Shown one piece after another: positions 55,455 through 64,000 of a DNA stretch of 64,000 nt (its first letter is position 1; each line of letters begins with the position of its first letter). A program made the position numbers and the translations under genes. The notes beneath the pieces were generated by a model, which saw only the letters and a list, made by a program, of their open reading frames with translations, did not search any database and was not told the origin of the DNA. This DNA is from the human T2T-CHM13v2.0 reference genome, Homo sapiens. The stretch lies in the NCBI RefSeq assembly GCF_009914755.1, contig NC_060926.1; one strand, 5' to 3'.

Positions 55455-55670
55455 AGCCATAGAGAATTTGTTCTATATGTATAGAATTTGCTGATTTGTT
55501 GCCTGTTTCTGTAAATAAAACTTTATTTGAATACTGTCAGGTCTATTCATTTATATATTCTCTATGTCTGTGTTAGTGCCGTGAAACACTGTAGTTGTGA
55601 TAGAGATCACATGGTCCATGAGGCTTCAAATATTTACTATCTGGCCCTTTAAGAAAAAAATTGTGTTACA
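55455..55670. mobile_element. MER58A-like hAT relic
   Basis: gcctgtttctgtaaataaaactttatt...aaatatttactatctggccctttaagaaaaaa. Confidence 0.8.
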
Positions 55671-56423
55671 TTCCAGACCTTCTTCAGTGCAGTGGAGGCA
55701 TGAGGAGCCTGAGGATCATTTTGTCCTTCAGGCCTGTACAGTGGTAGGGACATGGGTCCAGATTTCTCTAGTGCTGTAGCCACCCAGATCTAACCACTGA
55801 GGTTCCCAGTCACCAAGGCAGCTACTCCTCACAGGACAAGGGGGCGCCCTAGCATCTCACCATTCTTCAGGCCCTAAATACCTGCTGTAAGTGCTCTCAA
55901 GGGATAGCATAGCAACTCTTCCACTAACATTTCATTTTGAACCCAGAGAAAAGAGAGTCCAGTGATTAGAACAGATTTGACCCATTCTCCTCTCTTCAGA
56001 GCTTCTTAGGTTGCTTTAAGGACACAAACACAGAGGATCATTTCATTCTTTTCTAATTTTCTTTTATCCTGGGACAACTAATCAATTTTATTTCACATTT
56101 TTAAAAACTATACATAACAATGAAGCATATGCAAATCACTCTAACAATTCCAGTTCTATTAATAACTAGAAGGAAATTAGTTACTATTGCTCCAGAAAAA
56201 GTTTATGTGTTGAGCTGTCTCTATGGTAGCAAATGCATTTGAAAGAAGTTTTCAAAATACTATCCACAATTTTCTTATGTGTGTGATAGATTAGTTATTC
56301 AATTGGATTGTTTCAATCAACTGGCTATTTTGAAATTCCTTGATATGTACATTTTAGGAGAGTATAAATCACATGTTTTAAATATATCATTGTATAACTC
56401 TATAACCAAGAAATTCCTGATTA

Positions 56424-56663
<240 letters not shown>

Positions 56664-58564
56664 TTAAACTTCTCATCAAGAGTAAAAATACTAATAGAAA
56701 CATGGCAATACCAAGCTATTTTAAAAGAAGCAGAATTATTTACCTCATATTCTATCTTTAACAAAGTCTAGGTAATAAAAGGAGATATGCATATTATATA
56801 TGCATGTTAATTTTCCCCAGGTTCTTAAATGAAACCTAGAACCTACTTCTAAAAAATAATTATCCTGTGTATTCCTTCAAATGATAATTTGGTTAAACTG
56901 TTAGATGCATAATGAGGATTTATTTTAATCAAGAACAAAACAGTGATCTTAAGTTTGTTTTCCACAAACTGCAAATATACCCTAACTTATTACCACATTT
57001 CAGCTGATCCAGTACAATCATTCTTATCCTAAGTATACTTATTTGCTTCAATTGATGAAAATAAAAATCTTCTTCCCCTTCCAATTTTACTTTTTAAATT
57101 CTGCCTTCTCTTCTGTATATGTTTTGGAGAAAGAAAATTACTAAACTCCTGTTTTTTACATTTCTTTTTTTCTCTCAGTGTGATTTTTCTATAAATTACA
57201 ATATCATTTCTAAAACTCTAGGAGTGACTCTTAAATCCTTCAGCATAGTATCTGTTCTCTATGGATTCCCATGTATAACCATTTAAAGGCAGTTTAGCAT
57301 TACAGCCAACAAAGTTATTCAATATGTGGTTTTGAGTATTTTATGACACTTATTACCAAATAATTTTCAAATTCACAACAAAAATGTTTGTATTCAATTT
57401 TCATTGTTGGTAATTTTACTTATAAGTTGTGACATTTAAAATAAAAAATACTGAATTAAAACATTTTAAAAGTTATGCATAGAATGTAAAGTATTAAACT
57501 CACAATTTATTTACAATATTTTCCTAGATTGTAGGCTTTATAATAAGAGAATTTTAGAGGTGTTAGTGTTCCTTTCATTTCCCCCCTTCATTTCACAGGT
57601 AAGAAAACAGAACGGCCCAGAGAGCTTAAGTAATTAAAGTTTTCACAAATAATTAGTAACTGAGCCAAATTTTAAACTTAGAGAACCTAACTTTGATTTG
57701 CGATTTAGCATTTCATTTTAAAATATCTGTTAATCTATTAACATACAATGGTGGTTTGAAGGTGTCATTTACATATATGATGATAAATTGCCTTTTTTAT
57801 ACTTTATTTACAAATAATTATCAAATTGAAATATTTTATGTGTTTAATTTTAATTTACAGTTCACCATATGCAAGGTGAAAAGTGTAAATGTTAGCCTAT
57901 GTAATAAATAATTACAGGATAAAACACTTGCTAATTAAAACTCATCATATATAATATCATGAGTGACTGCTTTATTTTTATTTCAAAACTGACTTACAAA
58001 TTCCTTTGCCCAACTCTTTTATTCCTACTGTGGGACATTTATTATTGTCCTGAGATTCTTCTGGTGATGTGTTGGGGTAAATGCAGCTGAGTCAGCAAAC
58101 CGTATTCTCATAGGACAGTGGTGGGAGCAGTCTCCCAAGCTCCATGAGTCATTACATTGCTCAGTCTTAAGAATTTTCACATATAAGATGATGTTCAATT
58201 AAGTGAATTAAATCTGACCTCACTTTTAGCTCTATAAAAGGGTTCAGATTTACAACTATTTTCACACTGACCAATTTCTGTTATTTAGTCCTTTCTTCTG
58301 ACAAGTGGTCTGGGTCAGTGATTATCTGTCATTGCTTTTTATTCTTCAATCTTTTTTTTGTTTTAATCACACCTAAAACGAACTCTTCTAGCTCTTCTAG
58401 TTTTGCTCAGGAAGGCCAGATTGGTCTGATTTTTGTTTACTCATTTCATTTAAAAATAAAAAGAATTTTCTTATAGTTAACAAACAACTTTACCATATTG
58501 TATATGAGAGTGAAAGTCCATAGATAGGTATTTTTTTGTTCCTTACCTGTGCTTTGTTCTTCGG

Positions 58565-58566
<2 letters not shown>

Positions 58567-58594
<28 letters not shown>
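58567..58594. repeat. T28 homopolymer (A28 on the LRP1B sense strand)
   Basis: Seen directly in the sequence. Confidence 0.97.
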
Positions 58595-58597
<3 letters not shown>

Positions 58598-59244
58598 TAA
58601 CTGCTTTCTTTAAGACATCCTCCAAAACACAATTTTTTTCTTTGTTTTTATTCACTGAGTATATTTTATATCCGGAGCATTTTCTTTTGTCATGAAATTT
58701 TTACAAGCATTATTTTAGGTGTCTGTACAATATATCATCAAACAGCTGTAGACTACTTAGACTATTATCAAGCACCTAGTGCTGAAAAATAGCTGCACAC
58801 AAAGATTTTTGTATGGTTGCAGTTTGCTTTCTTTTGTATTGCAATTTGGGAGATCTCCAGATGCTATAATTACTTGATTAAAATGCAAAAAAACAACACT
58901 CTTAGTCTTCCGTGTATGTTAATTTTTTTAAATATATGGTTCCAATCAGCTATGTATTAAAGTCTTCTTCATAGGCCTTTTCCAGCATGGTATTGTCTCT
59001 AGTTTGCCTTTAATTATTTAAATTTGTTTTTACTGGATCTCTCAGGAAGATGAAGCCTGGCTTTTAAAGGGACCAGATTTTTCACATTTATGATGCTCTT
59101 ACATAAAAAAAAAGTTTTATGAATTGTGAAAATAAAACTTCAAATAAAAACTTTATTTTTAAAGTTAATTCTTAAAATTAACAGAACTCTGATATTCTTT
59201 TGACTTATAACTATAATGAAGAAATAAAACTACACTGTTTCTTA

Positions 59245-59469
<225 letters not shown>

Positions 59470-62400
59470 TTATTTACAAAAAAATGACTTCTGGACAGAA
59501 AAAGCATTTAAGATATACATGTATACCTGTTATTTCATCAACCATTTCTCCACAAAATCTCCAAAATAAAAATGCAGTCATTGTGATACCTACAATTGAC
59601 AGCTTATTATACATATATAATGGGAGCAATTTTTGCAAAAAATGTCATTATAGACTTAATCTTCTCACAAATAAAATAAAATTAAATAATTGCCTTTCAT
59701 TTTGGAAAATGGTGGCTCTCTTTCTTGTATCTTAATCAATTTTCAAAAATATCCAACTTGCAACAACTTAGAGATGTTTTGGAAAACCTTATGTCAGCAA
59801 TACGACTTAGATACAATCATCATGAGTTTTCTCTTGATACTATAGATCTGGAGATGTCCAGGAAAAGCAAACACATCGAAAACTACAACAGTATGAGAAA
59901 TCCAAAATCTAACTCCTTACTTGCAACTATCAAACAGTGGTAGATAATGTTTTAATAGGTTAATGTGTCAATTTATTTGCTTCTATCCAACTAATGAGAT
60001 AAAAAAAAACAAAGCAAGAGAAAAAGAAATTAATTGCCAGCTAAAGCATGCTTTAAATGTCAGACAAAGATAAATGATGGTACACAGATCCTAATACATA
60101 AAAGTGACAAGGTGAAAAACAAAAGTAATTATTTCTTAAAATTGTATTCCCAATCTCTAGGGTAACATAAGTAGCTGTTTTATTTTTCACAGACATGCTA
60201 TGAGTGCATCTTTAAGTATAATCAAATTATTACACTTTTCCTACATGTTATTTGCTTTACTCAGAATTATTATTCTGAGCATGTTTAATTTAACAAAGAA
60301 CGTATACACTTTTTTCAGTCATACCAAGAAATTAACATTATTACAGACAGAGCATTTCCCCTGCTTTTCTCTCAAAGAATCCCTAATAGGAACTATCCAG
60401 CTGCTATAAAAATAGGTATCTGAAAAGAGCTGTTTCCAGGTTTAAGATGAGTTAATATTTAGTTTGGGGGGATCAATAGGATTTTGTGGGAGGGCAAAAC
60501 AATAATTAAAGTTTTTGAACAATGTTTTTTTTCATATTTTTTATTTCTTTTTTACATACAACATGAAATATCCAATAATAATGCAATTAATGGCTATCAT
60601 TTTAGTTGCCACATGCTAGAAATGATAAAAACTGCTTTTCATACATCATTTTATTTTATACATAAAATAAAATGTGAAGTTTGTGTCATAATTTTCCATT
60701 TCCAAAGAAGAAAGCTGAAACTTATAGTCACAGGGCTGATAATATTAACACAAAATTTTTACTGCCTGGCTCCCCCATTCATCTGATTCCAAAAGCCTAT
60801 GTTCTTAGTAGCACCACTATTTGGATATGGGTTTATAATGGTTACTACTTAACCTCAATCTATACCAACCTGAAACCAAAGGAATGATTCATTAGTCTCA
60901 ACTTGTTTGACTCTAGGAGAATTGTATATCTAGTAATATACCATAGATAGTCTCCTCTCACACAGTCAACAAAGCAGTCTACAAGGTATTAATGAGGGTG
61001 ATTAGTATGAAAATGTAGCCTAGAGATGACGGAAGAAAAATTATAAAACACAGTCACTGTAAAATCAGTTAAGCTAATTTTATGTGATGCACATAGTTCT
61101 CCTATTTGGAGTGAGTGGAAGAAAAGTTGATCATGGTTAAGGATGTTTAAATCATTAATTAATAAATCACCTTTGCCAGTGTATTTTTTAAACTTCCAAA
61201 TCATTTCAGAAATGCAATGAACTCTAGTAGTAGTATCTATAGCATTACACGCCTTTCATCGTTCACAAATAGAATGAGAAATGGCATAGCTCTGAGAAAA
61301 TTTAAGCAAATGAGAATAATCCATCCTGTTTCTACATCTTCTCTTCCAGTAACCATGACATATCTTCCTCTTCGTAACTTTCTCTTGCCAATTCAGGAAG
61401 AAAACACTTCGTATCACCATTGAGATGTGACAGATGTTTCTTTTCTATGGTTAACATAATTCCAGAGTTACTAGAGAACATAATACATCTCAATATCCAC
61501 ATATAATCTGTTTTACTTTATTTTTGTAATAGATGATAAACAGAAATTACAGTTAATAATGATCTGTTGCTACATTTTAAAATATTTTAGTCATGTACTT
61601 CTTTCTAAAAATGATGTTTAGATCCTTATAAAATTATATTTTAATTAACAAAAAGCCAATTAAAATTATTGAAATATTTTAGTTGAGATAAGACATATTT
61701 CTCAATTTTGTGATTATTTATCGACAGTGAGAGGGCATGTGGCATGTATATGTGTGTGTGTGCACACACATCTGTGTTTGAACATTGAGATTCCTAAAAC
61801 AGTTGAACAGCCAGAATAGGACTTTGAATTACTGATTCTGGAAGGCAATTATGTAGTTTGAAAATAAAATAAAATGCCTATCTACCCAACCAGACTTGAA
61901 ATATTGAGCAGAGTAAATCAATACAGGGCTAAATTCTTGGAACTCAAGGATGTAGAATAGGCATATGAAATGTAATGCAAACCAGTAAAAATCCTGTCTC
62001 CTTACCTCATGCACTTGCCAAGAAAAAAAAAAAAAAGAGTTTTCTTCCCTCTTACCCACTTTTGAGCAGGGAATTGAGATTGGCTAAGCATGAGTCAGGT
62101 CCTGACATGTTTTTGCAGAAGAAATAAGGGGAGGTCAGCACATCAAAAAATACAAGCCAGGCAAGTAACTCAGAACCATGGTTGTACCCTATTTCCTGGA
62201 TTCTAGTTTCCATAGCCATGATAGGGAAATTGATTCTAATAGCTTGGCAGAGAAATAAACCACTACTCTTGCAGCTATCCAAAGGACTTCAGTTCATAGA
62301 GAACATACTTTCATCTCATCACCACTGAAGAACAGCAATAGCCCCTTCTGGTCTGCACATTGTCTTAAAGACAGGATAAGAGCTTACCAAATGGGAAAGG

Positions 62401-62488
62401 CAGTGAAGGGTATTATTCATAGGGAGTCACGTCCATTAAACACTGGTATTCATCCGGCTAGGAAAACAGTCGCAGGTAAATCCAGTTG

Positions 62489-62851
62489 CAAAGTGGTTTG
62501 GATGGGTCCACACCCAAATCTCATCTTGAATTGTAGCTCCCATAATCTCCATGTGTTGTAGGAGGGACCCAGTCGGGGGTAATTGAATCACAGTGGCAGG
62601 TTTTTCCATGCTGTTCCCGTGATAGTGAAAAAGTCTCACAAAATCTAATGATTTTATAAAGAGCAGTTCCACTGCACACACCCTCTTGCCTGTCACCATG
62701 TAAGATGTGCCTTTGCTGTTCTTTCACTCTCCACCATGATCGTGAGGCCTCCCCAGTCATGTGGAACTGTGAGTTGTTGAACTTCCTTTTCTCTATAAAT
62801 TACCCAGTCTCGGGTATGTCTTTATTAGCAGCATGAGAACAGACTAACACA
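62489..62851 (+). mobile_element. THE1 (C/D-like) MaLR solo LTR
   Basis: tggtttgg...cacccaaatctcatcttgaattgtagctcccataat...aattacccagtctcgggtatgtctttattagcagc...gactaacaca. Confidence 0.92.
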
Positions 62852-63294
62852 CAAATTTAGCAGAAAATAACATTTATCTCAAGGACATGCTACAACTATA
62901 AAGCATCATAATGAAGTCCTCCTTGATTGTGTACTACCTTCTTACTTACTGGCTTGTTCTCCAAAGCCACAGAATATCAGTTTGTTGATTGAAATTATAT
63001 CACCAGTATAAAGCATCCAAATCTTGTTTGGAGGATCTGAGTTATTTTGACACACAGAAGCACTCTCAATTTGCAGCCCAGGCAAAGAGCCTAAAATAAG
63101 AAGTTCCTGCACAAAATATTCCACATCTATATTAACTGTGAAGTTTCCAAGGATACAGGTCCAATTCACTATCCAGATCTGATGTTGAACTCTTTACAAA
63201 TAGTACACATAACTGTGCTCTACTTTAAGCCTAACAAAACACTACTTACTGAAATTGTGTCTAAATTCTACCCTCTGTAAAAATCTTCTAAAAG

Positions 63295-63500
63295 TTCTGT
63301 TTCTTTTATTTTCCTTTTCTTTTTTCTTTTCTTTCCTTTTCTTTATTTTATCTTTTTCTTTCTTGCTTGCTTGCTTCTCTTTTTATTTCTCTTTCTTTCT
63401 CTCTCTTCTTTCTTTCTCTCTCTGCTTCCTTACTGCCTGCCTGCCTGCCTCCGTTTCTTTCCTCCCTCCCTCCCTCCCTTTTTTCTTTCTTCCTTTTTTT
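63295..63500. repeat. Pyrimidine-rich low-complexity tract (TTTC/CCTG/CCCT-type)
   Basis: Seen directly in the sequence. Confidence 0.9.
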
Positions 63501-63574
63501 GAGATTCGCCATAGTTTTTCTAGTATACGGTCTCTCTCATTGCAATAAGACAACAATTTGACATGGTTGAATGA

Positions 63575-64000
63575 CGGGCTTATTTGACAAAATTCAATAA
63601 CCTTTCATTATAAAAATATTCAACAAACTAGCAATAGAACTTCCTCAACTTGATAAAAGGAATACCAAAACCCGAGACTCGTATTATATTTAGTGGTGAG
63701 AAAATGAATGTTTTCCCTCAAAGACCAGGACCAAAGCAAACATGTCCACTTTTGCCTTTATTCAACTAATGTTGACTAAAACTGGAGATTCCAGCAGGGG
63801 TAATTGGGGGTGGGGTAAAGAGAGAGAGAGAGACAGAGAGAGAGAAGGAAATAAATGGTATCCAGATTGGAAAGAAAGAAGTAACACTATCACTATTTGC
63901 AGATGGCAAGTACTGGTATATACAAAATCTTAAATAATTTAATAGAAATGTATACTCAGGATGCAGGTTACAAAAGCAACATACAAAAAATCATTTGTAT
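63575..64000 (+). mobile_element. Old L1M ORF2 fragment
   Basis: atttgacaaaattcaa...aacttcctcaacttgataaagg...ctatttgcagatg RT-region remnants. Confidence 0.7.

Noticed and set aside
61755-61770. 16-bp palindrome tgtgtgtgcacacaca
   Set aside because: Common (TG)n(CA)n junction with no further structure.

Overview
AT-rich, repeat-dense primate (most likely human) genomic DNA inside the giant gene LRP1B, transcribed on the minus strand. Two coding exons of a YWTD beta-propeller region are present (59246-59435, 190 nt; 56430-56634, 205 nt), with GT-AG boundaries and compatible phases. The rest is intronic, including more than 56 kb downstream of the second exon. The introns hold Alu, L1 (including a near full-length, decayed ~7.7 kb L1MA4-like copy), L2, MIR, MaLR/ERV1 solo LTRs, hAT relics and microsatellites. 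A 60-nt hairpin at 44417-44476 (minus) matches my recollection of MIR7157 and lies inside an old L1 5' region. I found no convincing previously undescribed biological system, and nearly all other listed ORFs are repeat-derived or chance. The best leads are the L1-derived miRNA, two candidate cryptic/poison exons near GU-repeats, a nearly abutting inverted Alu pair, a two-period tandem array in an ancient L1 5'UTR, template-switch scars and cruciform-prone AT tracts. Repeat subfamily names are from memory of consensus sequences, not a database search.
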